NCBI RefSeq assembly: GCF_018977255.1
Contig: NW_024704743.1
Coordinates: forward strand, 37,698,001-37,762,000
Reading direction: 5' to 3'
Source of the DNA: Callorhinchus milii
Taxonomy: Eukaryota
DNA length: 64,000 nt
Numbering within the stretch: the stretch's first letter is position 1; each line of letters starts with the position of its first letter. The notes below the pieces were generated by a model that saw only the letters and a program-made list of their open reading frames with translations, did no database searches and was not told the origin of the DNA. Shown piece after piece: positions 26,431 through 37,700 of this stretch. The position numbers and the translations under genes were made by a program.

Positions 26431-27149
26431 TATCTAGCTTCCTGCTAAATACATCTATGCTATCTGCATTTGTCTGAGATTCCTTCTTTCTTCTGCCCTA
26501 CATTTAACAGTCTGCTAACCTTCTCACTCTCTAATCTCACACATGAATAATGGACGCTTGGCCAAGGAACGAGAGGAAGGCAAATACCCATGAAATTAAA
26601 CATAAGCAAAAGTCTGGTTTGAGGAGGAGAAAATTTACAAAACAAACATCATTTGCTCTCAAAAACTATAAATTATATTTACATTATATTTAATTATATT
26701 TACAGAATGCCTTTCACGTCAGGAGGACATCCCAAGGTTCATAAAATAAATAAAAAGTGAGCCTGTTTAACAGTCTGTTCAATCAGCATGTCCCCCTTGG
26801 CAGTACATCTTATATACATGGTTTTCAAAATGTGTTAATGATTATAGGTGGCAAGTTGTTTGCAGAAATATTATTCTTTTCAGAGGCTGTTTCCATGACC
26901 TATATTTTGGGAACTTTATCCCAGTATTAAACTGGTCCTCAAGCACGTACTGTAATTAATGGACCACCAAGATATTTCTTTATACATAGTATATTTTCCT
27001 GCAAATACACAATTCTACACTTCATAGTAAAATTCCTGTGAAGGGCTTTGATGCATTTTGACAATGCGATATAGTGCTGTTTTAAATCAACAACAGCAAA
27101 TTGTATTTATACAACATCTTTCACCGGGTGGGTGCCAAGGTGCTGAAGG

Positions 27150-27575
27150 ATCCTCCTTGGTGGCAGGTTAAGTGGATCTCCTTGGAGCTTGACTGATCCA
27201 AAGTAATATGCTTGGCAAGGGAAAGTCAGAATCAAATCAACTCTCTGTGGCAGTCTCGGTGGTCCAATTCCTGAGCCAGGCGGGTCCGCAGTATCCCAGG
27301 GCACTGCTGATGACAGCCAGGGCACTAGCTCATCAACACGATCTGGAAGGGCAGAACAGTCACTACGGGGCAGGGAGTCATCCCACTCAGCTCCTGTTAA
27401 CCCTGTAAGCCAAAGCCCCAACGTGTAGGTTGCTCCTAGCTAGTCAAGCAGCGGGAAAGCAACATCAATGGCAAACCATGCGGTTATAGCTGGTTAGATT
27501 CCAGCAGTACCCCAACGCACACTCTGGGGTCCCCAAGCCTTGGCTCTTGCCAACCTGCGCCAAGTACTTTCTGTA
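27150..27575 (+). repeat. Family X copy
   Basis: Well-preserved copy containing ctagctagtcaagcagcgggaaagc...aatggcaaacca. Confidence 0.8.
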
Positions 27576-28725
27576 CTTCAAATGAATTACTTGCAGCATT
27601 CTTCTCAAATGCAATTATGGAGAGTGAAGTATAAATGGCGCTTCTCACTCCCAGTTTCTAATCTGGAGGCAATAAGGAATTGCTTACAAAAGTATTAATT
27701 GGACAGTCACATTGCAAAACAGCAAAATGATACTTCCAGGATTACAATACGTACAATATGTAATTGATATAGCAGAGAAACCAAAAGCTTTTAAAATTAT
27801 GTAATTTGAATGACATTAGTCCTGTAATCCTCTTTGCTAAAACTGGCAGACTAACTATTACAATGTATAGAAGTACTTCAATCTGTAATGTGGTGATTCA
27901 TGACTCTGGGTCAATATCTCTGTCCAATGACCAGTAAAGCAAGGTATTCTTTTATCTTTGACTTCACTTGCAAACTTCTCTTAGTTTGTTTTCTTGATTT
28001 ATATAAATATATGTATACCCACAATAATATTAATCCTATAGTATGTGTTATTCTCCTCATCTTTATTTCCCTTTTTCTTAATTTTCCATTTTGCTCTGTT
28101 ACCTTTACTGTGTTCCATCTGCTCACTCTGAATATTGAAGGAAACATAAATACCTTATCACAACTGAAGCATGAGGTCAGATAATCAGAACATTAATCTT
28201 TCTTCATCAATGATAGTGTTTCAATTAAAGCTACCCAAACATACCTTTAAATTGAAGTTGTTAAATTTTCTTCAGGATCCTTTCCATTTGGTCTTAATTA
28301 AAAGTTTGCAATTAACATATGATTGTTGATCTAAACCCATTGAAGATTTAAAAGTGAAATAAAGTCTGTGTTGGAAACTCTTACGTAAAAGGCCATTTAC
28401 TATCAAGTAGAATTAGGTTAAAACTAATGGCGCCCCATTCGCTAACACAAAACCAGTTTTGAGAACACAAACATTAGTTTGAAATCTTAATTTACTGCCT
28501 AGTGAGAAAACTTTGCTTCTATTCTAGACTTATTTTTCCTGCTAAGTACCTAGGTTTGCTAAGCCTGAGAAAAGTCTGAACCCTAGTGCTGATAGTCCCC
28601 TGTCAATGTAAAGCAGCCTTCTAACTTGCTCTCTGAATCCCTGCAGTTTGTTTGTCTTCCTCTGGCATTATTCCCTTATCGGGTCGTCATAATGAGAAGA
28701 AAAATTATCAAGGTAGTGTACCATA

Positions 28726-29060
28726 TTGAAGTACTGTAGCTCAGTGGTTAGAGCACTCGCTTTGCAAGTGAGAGACCTGAGTTCAATTCCAGGCAGAGGG
28801 CGAAACCTTGGGCAAGTTTCCTTACTCCACACGCCTAATGATAATCCCTCCAAAAAACCCAAAACAATAATAAAAAATAAAAAATTGGTCATTTTCAATC
28901 TACGACTGTTTGTGGGACATTGCTGTGCGCAATTGGCTGCCGCGTTCACCCACAAATATACAGTCAATTCACTTTACAGTATATTCTGTGAAGCGCTTTG
29001 GGACGTCCTCCCGACGTGAAAAGCGCTATATCAAATGCAAGGATTATTATTATTATTATT
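28726..29060 (+). mobile_element. Full-length young tRNA-SINE, short form
   Basis: A and B boxes; lacks the internal ~60 bp block; tail gcgctttgggacgtcctcccgacgtgaaaagcgct followed by (TTA)n. Confidence 0.93.
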
Positions 29061-29490
29061 ATTTATTACTTTGGAGTTATTCGTAGCTATTAAGTGAGGA
29101 GGAGAAGAGGGGAACTGCTGTGGGTCTCTTTCACAAATCTACTGACTAGATTCCAGGAGTGTTAGAGGAAGGCTGGAACAAGACACCTGCCTGTCTTTGG
29201 GACAACCAACGATAGAACACTGTATATCCTCACAACAACTATTACCAGTTGGTGGACACCAATTGTTCATTGTCTGCATCAGGCTCTAATGTGGAAGTGA
29301 ACATAGGCTACAATGCCCCCCAAAAATTAGTTGCACATATGCATGTGAGTTCCCTAAGCCTGCGATTTAGCTGTGCAGCCCAAGTATGAGCTGGCAATGA
29401 AAAGGTAAGTATGTATGTGACAATTTACAGTCTAGGGTTAGAGAAAGAAAGAGAATGTCAGAGAGAGAGGAAAGGGTGCTAAAGTTTTGT

Positions 29491-29835
29491 ATTATAATAA
29501 TCCTTGCATTTGATATAGCATATTATCAGGTCTTCGAGACGTCTCAAAGTGCTTCACAGAATATACTGTAAAGTGTATCTCAGCTGTATATTTTGTGAAC
29601 GAAACGCAGCAGCCAATTGCACACAGGAGTGTCCCACAAACAGTCGTGGATTGAAGTGACCAATTTATTATTATTTTTGAAGGAATTATTACGCCCCGAA
29701 AAGCGATCCGACAATCGAATAAAAAACCGGGTTTCTACTTACTGCTAGGTAAACAGGCATGTGGAGTAACATTTTGCACTGCTGGGAATCAAATCCAGGT
29801 TTCTTGAGAAGAGTGCTCTAACCACTAACCTACAA
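29491..29835 (-). mobile_element. tRNA-SINE, long form
   Basis: Reverse-complement match to 25589-25961. Confidence 0.88.
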
Positions 29836-30327
29836 TATTGCCAGTATTACTGGTGATAGAAGATTATTTTGGTGAGCACTGTAGCCAATTTGCCTGATGG
29901 TCAGTTATCTGCACCATTTTCTTATCCCACAATGGGGCCAGTCTCCGTGAAGATAATCCTCTCTCTACTGGAATGGTAGCAGCATTACACAACACTTGTA
30001 CATTTCATGGTACTTGTGTATCTAGGATTGCCTGTAATACGGAGCTTCAGCTTGATGTTTGGAAGCCATGTATGCACTTTCACATCTCATTGTCTCTTGA
30101 TTATGGCAGACCTGCCTGACATTGACAAGCCTGTCTGTTCGCAGCTAACTGAATGTCAGGAAGATTCTGCATTCTTTTAACTTTGGAACTACCAACATGT
30201 TTTTTTAGAATGAGATGTGATGTGTTTGAATATTGTGGAGGAGTTTGTATGATGAATTCATATAAAGAAAATAATTTATAAATCCCATCAATGCATCTGT
30301 ATGGATATACGAACAGATGGATGTCAG

Positions 30328-30405
30328 CGCCTTGGAAGGCAGCGCCTTGGGACGTCCTCCTGACGTGAAAGGCGCTTTATAAATGGAATCTTGTTGTTGT
30401 TGTTG
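30328..30405 (+). mobile_element. Tail-only young L2 insertion
   Basis: Same stem-loop and (TTG)n as the L2 3' end at 50751-50820; TSD tgtcag (30322-30327 and 30404-30409). Confidence 0.88.
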
Positions 30406-31084
30406 TCAGGGTTTGGAGCCATAGCACATTCTGAATAAATTAGGGTCTGAAAATGTAATCAAAGTGAGACTCATTATAAACCACTTCGCTGGAGTTTGTA
30501 TTTGCATATAGTGCTTGCCTGTGGTACGACTTCTGCACAGACTGACTGGCTTCTTGCACAGTAAACTGGTTAGTCAGGTGCAGATCCCTGACTGTCCAGG
30601 GCTTGGGACGTCCTTCTCATGTGAAAGTGAGAAGTGTAATTTGTTGTTGGTCAGGCACAAATGCTTTCGAAGCATTTCTAGTGCTGCAAACCCCGTGAGA
30701 CCGGCGGTAGCGACACAGACAAGAAGTCAGACAATTTAAGCAGGAAACAAGGAAATCCACACTCTGGAAGCCAGCAGTAGTGACATTAGTGACAACTTGA
30801 ACAATGGAAGTGGGACCAGGGGCACTGCACTGGAGTGTCAACCTAGACTATGAGTTTTCACTTTACAATAACAACTTGCATTTATATAGCGCCCTTCACA
30901 CAGGGTAGCGTCTCAGAGTGGTCAAATTTTAACGACTCAAATCTACAACATCTTCATATTGTTTTTGTTAGAAAATATTCTGTAAATTGATTTTCTATAA
31001 ATCGTTGTGGTTAAACCCATACAGAATTTATTTGTGATTAATGTATATTGTGCATCATAAATTCAATATAAGAAAGATAGTTAC

Positions 31085-31735
31085 TTACAATTTACATTTA
31101 TCTAGCGGTTTTCAGGTTGGGAGGAATGCTGTACATTTACAAAATACTTGACACTGCTGGCTGGGCACCCAAGCTGAAGGGGGTGAAAGCTGGACGGGGT
31201 GGGGTGGGGAAAGATGACCAAAAGCACGGTCAAAGAAGTATGTCTTGAGCCGGGCCTTGAGTGAGGGGATGGAGAGAGTTGAATGGGATGGAGTTAAAGA
31301 GACGGGGCAGAACGGCTGAAAGCCTGTTTACTGAGGGTGGGTCAGATAGGACGGGACATGAGCAGGCCAGTGTTGGTAGAGTTGAAGGAGGTCGCAGAGG
31401 GGCATACCAGGCCCCTCCGCTCAGCCAGCTCAGACCTTCTGCATGTCCCTCGACACTTCTTCTCCACCATCAACAGCCGTGCCTTCAGTTACTACACTCC
31501 AAATCTCTGGAACTCCCTGCCTCAGTCCCTCCGAATTACCCTTCTTTGATATTTAGGAGGGACTATTATTCCCTTCTTTGTCTATATTCAGATTATATCT
31601 TGAAAACGTTCCTCTTTGACTGTGGTTATGGTCATCACTTCTTCCTAGCTCAGCATCAAAATATGCCGTTGTTAAGTGCTCCCAAGATGCTATCCCACTT
31701 AAGGGGCGCTATACAAATGCAAATTGTTGTTATCA
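31085..31735. mobile_element. Two L2 3' fragments joined head-to-head
   Basis: Minus-strand L2 3' end (about 31085-31400) abuts a plus-strand L2 3' end (about 31410-31735; AFSYYTPNLWNSLPQSLR, LKTFLFD). Confidence 0.75.
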
Positions 31736-31864
31736 TCATGTAATTCATTGATTTATTGACAATTGGAAATGCTGTACATTTACAGAATGTCACAGAGGAC
31801 ATTAAATGCTTACACTCACTGTTTAAGATGACAGTATGAATTTACAGTGTTTTTTTTGCCCCAG

Positions 31865-32014
31865 GTGAAAGATACGGCTTTACCTACTCATGAAGAAGAC
31901 AACAAGAATCCACCATTCCCGACCTACTTTGCTGACGGAGATGAAGAGCTATCAGAAGACCTGCTTGATGATGCAATGTTCCAGTTCACTGAGCACTCTA
32001 TTACTTTCTCCTAG
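31865..32014 (+). CDS. MRPL3: MRPL3 terminal coding exon
   Basis: T-rich tract and cccag acceptor; encodes VKDTALPTHEEDNKNPPFPTYFADGDEELSEDLLDDAMFQFTEHSITFS with TAG at 32012-32014; matches the MRPL3 C-terminus (PFPTYF.DGDEE...SITF). Confidence 0.96.
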   Translation: MKDTALPTHEEDNKNPPFPTYFADGDEELSEDLLDDAMFQFTEHSITFS

Positions 32015-32541
32015 TGTTGTTGGCATTTTCAAGCTGTTCTGACACTCACAACTCATACATCACATAACGTGACTCACGTTTCTATTTCCTCCTTCAGCTG
32101 ACACTTGCTAATAAATGGTTTTCATGAGCTGGCTCGTGCCGCTGCTTCTGTTCAGTGAGAAATGAAGCAGAAACATTGACTTTTTTTTAAAACGGACTTC
32201 ATGGAGTGAGATATGGCAAATTAAGAATGCAAGGCAGTTAAACAGTTAAAAGCTGATTGTAGCACAGCCTTTGAACATGGGCTGAATATTCTGCATTTTC
32301 ATGCCTGTGATATTTAAGTGGCAGAATGTTATTGCAAAGCTTCTTTGACGTAATGTGGAGGGAAAATTAGATTTCTTCCTCATTGTGAAGATCATAAGTG
32401 TTGAAAGCTGTTGTGACTGCAGAAATTCTGACTACACAGATAATTAAATGGCATAACTGATGCCATCATTTATTTTTCTGCCTTGAAAGTCAAGTGTTGA
32501 GGGGGGGGAATATTATGCAGAAAAATGTCCTTTGTACACAG

Positions 32542-32547
32542 AATAAA
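32542..32547 (+). terminator. Probable MRPL3 polyadenylation signal
   Basis: AATAAA with TGTA just upstream (32533-32536) and a GT/T-rich tract downstream (gtcgtgttctgttattttt). A more proximal AATAAA is at 32110-32115. Confidence 0.6.
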
Positions 32548-33949
32548 ATATTTATGAAAATAATTTCTAGGTCGTGTTCTGTTATTTTTATTATTTTGAA
32601 ATTAATGAAGTATAATAGTGACTGCCTGATCTGACTCCTGTTACTCTAAAACTGAAATATTTCTATAAAATAAATATTCAATTTTATATATTTTACGTGT
32701 ATCTATATATGTATATCTGTACTAACAGTCTTTCATCTTTTCTTCACAAGCTGTTTATTTAGTTTTTCAAAGAATTGTTGGACATGGGTTAAGCTGCTTT
32801 TGATGAGATCCTAACCTGTATACATGACATTGCTCGGTGCAGGCAAAATGCATTTTCCAATTTCCAGTCGTATTTGAGACTTTCTGCTCATATCCTCAAG
32901 TTTTATGCTCCAGGTTTAAATGTAACCAATTAAATTGACACCATTCATATCATTTTTAACAAAAAATAAATGGACTGGACAGAAGTTGGTCAAAAAATGG
33001 GAAGCAGATTATCATTGGGACAGGAGTAATGCCGGAATGGTGAGAGGTGGAATGATCTCCAGTTGGTGCATGGCACTTCTAACCCAGATTAATTATTTCG
33101 GTATCAATACTTGACGTGAACTTGTTAAAGTTGCTGATTGTACGAAAAGAGGGAGAGCAGTAAATCCAGAAGATGCAGCAAAAACATTATGGAAGGATTT
33201 AAGATCTATGAAACCACAAAAACAAATTACATTTATATAGCGGCTTTCATGTTGGAAGGACATCCCCCAAAAAACGAGCAGACAACAATTTACAACAACA
33301 GCTACTTGCATTTATATAGCGCCCTTTATGCCAGACAGCATCTCGGAGCACTTTAAATTTACCTTTATATAGTACGTTTTACATTGAGAGAATGTGTCAA
33401 AATGCTTCACATAATTGGATGTCTGAGCTGGGGTCGGGCAAGCTGAGGATTGAACACTATTAAATACTAAATATTAAACACAAGTAAGTGAAAAATGTTG
33501 CACATTAGTGTACCGTAAGTATACAATCTCTGGCATTGAATTAGCAGAGAAAGACCTAGAATAAGGCCTTGTAACAATGATGGACTTGTCATTCCTAATG
33601 CCAGAACAAAGTGGCAAAGCAATTAAAACAATATATACTGAGATATAGAACCAGAACAGTAGAGAAGAGAACATGGTGCAGACGTTATGCTGGGCTCTAA
33701 TAGTCAGACAACACGATGTACTCAACTCAAAAGAAAAAGAGCAAGCTTTGGAGAGGGAGCAGCAAGACTTATCCCATGCCTAACACTACAAAGAAAGAAA
33801 GACGAGAGACTCTTCAGGTCGACAATCCAGAAATAAAATTGGTTGAGTAGCAACACATCATTAAAATATGTAAAATATTCAATAACAGATAGGAGAAAAA
33901 ATAATTCTTGTATTTGATATTGATCCTTATCAGTTTTTTTCTGAAACTT

Positions 33950-34272
33950 GTGACATTGAAGGTGAACATGGTAGACAATTTCTACGTAGAAATGTCCCAC
34001 AAACAGCCATGAAGTGAATGACTTTTTTATCTGGGGAAATTGATGACTGTAACAAGTGATGCATTTTTTTGAATAGTATCATGAGAACCTTAACATCCAC
34101 CCAAATAAGACCTTGGTTTAACATCACATCTGAAGAACAGCACCAATAACAATGTAGCACTGCATTAGAGCGTCAGCCTGTCCCATCAGGTCAGAGTCCC
34201 GACTTGCAACTTGAACTTACAATCTTCCTACTCAGAGGTGAGAGCAATACCAACTGAGCTAGGCTGACACCT
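33950..34272 (-). mobile_element. Old Deu-domain SINE
   Basis: Reverse-complement similarity to 35830-36220, including the tRNA-like head (gtgtcagcctagctcagttggta). Confidence 0.7.
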
Positions 34273-34676
34273 GGAAATGTAGGAAATAGGACCAAAGGGC
34301 TTCAATTTATAAATTTATAAATTTATGAAAAAATGTTCAAATAATAATCCTTGCATTTGATACAGTGCCTAATCATATCTTCAAGACGTCTCAAAGCACT
34401 TCACAGAATATACTGTAAAGTGAATTGACTATATTTTGTGGGTGAAACGCACTACAGCAAATGCAAGGATTTTTATTATCTTAGTTAGAGTCTTCAAACC
34501 CAACTTCTGAGAGTTCCACATTAAATGTGGGTCCCACTTGTGTGGAAAGCAGTTCACATTCTCCCTGATTGACTCATCTTGTTTACCACATCCCAGGAAA
34601 TTAAATGAATTAGCCTCAATCTTTCCTTAGGACCACCAAGAACCTAATTCCACAAATTCACCATGTCCAGATTATA

Positions 34677-34960
34677 TTGTAAAGTGAATTGACTGTATAT
34701 TTTGTGGGCGAAACGTGGCAGCCAATTGCACACAGCAGTGTCCCACAAACAGTCGTGGATTGAAGTGACCAATTTTTTTTTGAAGGATTATTACCCTCGG
34801 AAAAGCTATCTGACAATCAATTAACAACTGGGTTCCTACTTAATGCGAGGTAATAGGCGTGTGGAGTAAGGAAAGTTGTCCAACATTTTTCCCTGCCCGG
34901 GAATTGAACTCGGGTCTCTCACTTGCTAAGTGTGTGCTCTAACCACTGAGCTACAAGACA
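34677..34960 (-). mobile_element. tRNA-SINE, long form (tail missing or displaced)
   Basis: Head and body match 25589-25961. Confidence 0.88.
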
Positions 34961-35424
34961 CAATTTATTGAATACATGGCATTTATTCATTATTAAAAGT
35001 TTCAATGTACCAGGTTGGAAATAGAGACACACATAGGTATGTTTAAAAATGATGCTGAATATGATATTGGGTAAGATAGGGTAGCAGAAGGATGAGCTTC
35101 AGTGGAACAAATTATGCTCCTAGCTGAGAGGATTGCTCCAGTTGATTGAGATTATTGTTAATAACATTTGCTTGTAATGTGTGATACTTTGTCTGTCAAA
35201 ACAATTTACAGGAAAGCTGGGGAGTAAAATTTACCCGGTTCACTTCAGCAGAGATCTAGCCTTATTTTGATCAAAATTCATCTGGTAACTGGAGAATCAC
35301 AGTAGTGACCAGTAGTGACCAAACCAAAATTGCCTTTTTCAAATCCATGACTTATGTTCTTAAATTTATAAATCAAACTTGTTGGTTTAAGGTGAGAGTT
35401 TGACAGTGGTTGATTGACATTTTA

Positions 35425-35635
35425 GCAACAACAAAATTACATTTGTATAGCATCTTTCATGTTGGGAGGTCGTCCCAAGGCATTGCTGGACAGTCAGTGT
35501 TTTGGACCTGAGCTGGGGGTTGGGATTGGGGAAGGTGGAGGGCAAGTGGGGGGGGGGAAGGAGTGTGATCAAGGCACGGTCGAAGAGGAGGGTCTTGAGA
35601 TGGATCTTGAAGGAGGCAAGGGAGGGGGCGAGGCT
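35425..35635 (-). mobile_element. L2 3' end fragment
   Basis: Close match to 741-927. Confidence 0.85.
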
Positions 35636-35825
35636 TAAAATCTCAAAGCCTTCACAGAGTATACTGTAAAGTGAATTGACTGTGTGTTTAGTGTATTATA
35701 ATATAAAATTGTTGACAAATTACCTGTAACCCAAGATCCATCTAGATAATTGACTAGCTTTGGTTAATATCACTGAATGTTCAATAGATGTACCTGATTC
35801 TTTTCCTTACTTTTGTCAGTATAAA

Positions 35826-36220
35826 GTGTCAGCCTGGCTCAGTTGGTCATACTCCCACCTCCAAGTCAGCAACTTGTGGGTTCAAGCCACACGTTGGAGC
35901 TTTGAGCTCATGCTGGGTGTGGGGTGGGGGGGCACAGCATTGTCAGAGGTGCCGTCCTTTGAGTGAGATGTAAACTTGAGGTCTCATTTGCCTCTTCAGA
36001 TGGATGTTAAAGATCCCATAGCACTATTTGAAAAGAACAGGGAGTTTCTGTCAGTGTTGTGGCCAACAATCCCCCAAATAAAATTGTTCACTTACTTGTG
36101 GTACATTGTTGTGTGTAAGTTGGCTGCCATATTCACCTACAAATACAGTCACTACAGTAAACTCGTTGAGATGTTTTGACAATGCAATAAGATGCTATAT
36201 CAAATGCAGGAATCATTATT
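35826..36220 (+). mobile_element. Near full-length Deu-domain SINE (SacSINE1/AmnSINE1-like)
   Basis: tRNA-like head (tggctcagttgg...gggttcaagcc), then gaggtgccgtcctttgagtgagatgtaaac...gatggatgttaaagatcccatagcactatttgaa, recognised from memory as the Deu domain; L2-type tail. Confidence 0.75.
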
Positions 36221-36974
36221 GTAACATCCAATCATTATGTGTACATCTTTCATGTTTGTTGTACCCAGTCTCTTATGTTTTTGATGTAGGAATGTACTGG
36301 AGTCAGACAAAAATAATAATCCTTGTGATCCATAAATAAAACAGTGTATCTTAAAATAATTTTTGTCAGTTCTTTGTACACAATTGTGATGAATAAATTA
36401 AACAATCATTTAATGTGTCAAAAATTTGGTGAATGTTCTAGGAGGAATTAAAATCAAGTCGGAATTTTACTTGCGGATATTACAGTTTTTAAAATTTGCA
36501 ACATGATAGTCTGCTGCCAATGTGCTCATACCCACTGTTTATATTACATGATTGCAATTTGCATTGTACCTGAAACCATCTCATTTCAGGTAATATTAAG
36601 AGGATAACTTGGGCACAATTTGTATTATCTATACTATACGTATGGTGGTCAATCTGTACTGAAATTGAGGCAGTTGCTATCAAACATAGTAGAAGTGTGC
36701 ATTAGATTCAGAAACAGATTGGTTACAGATTTGTTGTATATTTTGCTGATTTTTTTGTGTACATTATCCTTGAGGTGAGAAATTTCAATTTTGGAAATTG
36801 CAATACTTTGCACAATGTCTAAAGGGAAACCTACTTCATCAAATAGTCTTCAGAATGAAGACTGTAAATCAGTAGCATTCACAGAAAGGTAATGATTACC
36901 ACCATGTCATAAAATTCTATTAGCACAAACAGTTAATAAGATGAGCAGTAAAATTAAATTCCTGAAGTGCTATA

Positions 36975-37700
36975 TCCCAAATCGAAATGATTTCCCTGCT
37001 CACTCAACTCCAGATAGCCAGGTAGTCACAGTTGAAAAAGCAGTGGGAATCTAACCAGTAGGATTCAGACTGTTTAAACTGTCAGTTTCCCAATGCATAT
37101 TCTGGGATTTTCAAGCCTTAGCTCTTGCCAAGATTCATTTAAATTCCTGGGATGAGATAAACAGGATGTGTCAATCAGGGAGAGTGTGAACTGCTTTCCA
37201 GACAAGTGGGAACCACATTTAATGTAGAACGATCAGAAGTTTGGTTTGAAGACTAAAGTATGATAATAATAATCCTTGCATTTTCTGTATGTGTTTTGCC
37301 CACAAAATATACAGTCAATTCACTTTACAGTTTACTCTGTGAAGCGCTTTCAGACTTCTCAACAACGTGATAAGGCACTATATCAAATGCAAGGATTATT
37401 ATCATGTCATTGGGATATTTTATATAATTATATATTACAAGACAGTGCTCTCAACAGCCAGCTACATGGTTTAATCTGATTAAACTCCACTACCCAACAC
37501 ACATTCTGGACTCCCCAAGCCTTAGCTCTTGCCTATCTGCACCTGATATACTTTGGAGATTTGGTAAGCAAAGTACATCCCTACAGGGACTTCATTCCAG
37601 ACACAGGGAAATTTCTGAGTGTAGGTGGCACACATATGTGGAACTCTGTTTGGTCTAGATACGTTTAAGCATGGTGATGGGTTTCCACATGTGTCAGACA
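36975..37700 (+). repeat. Two family X 3' fragments separated by a SINE tail
   Basis: aagccttagctcttgcc occurs at about 37113 and 37517; SINE 3' fragment at about 37263-37402. Confidence 0.7.

Noticed and set aside
28726..28800. tRNA-Ala gene (also at 3493, 25589 and 59900)
   Set aside because: A and B boxes are present, but there is no acceptor stem or terminator and the sequence runs into the SINE body.
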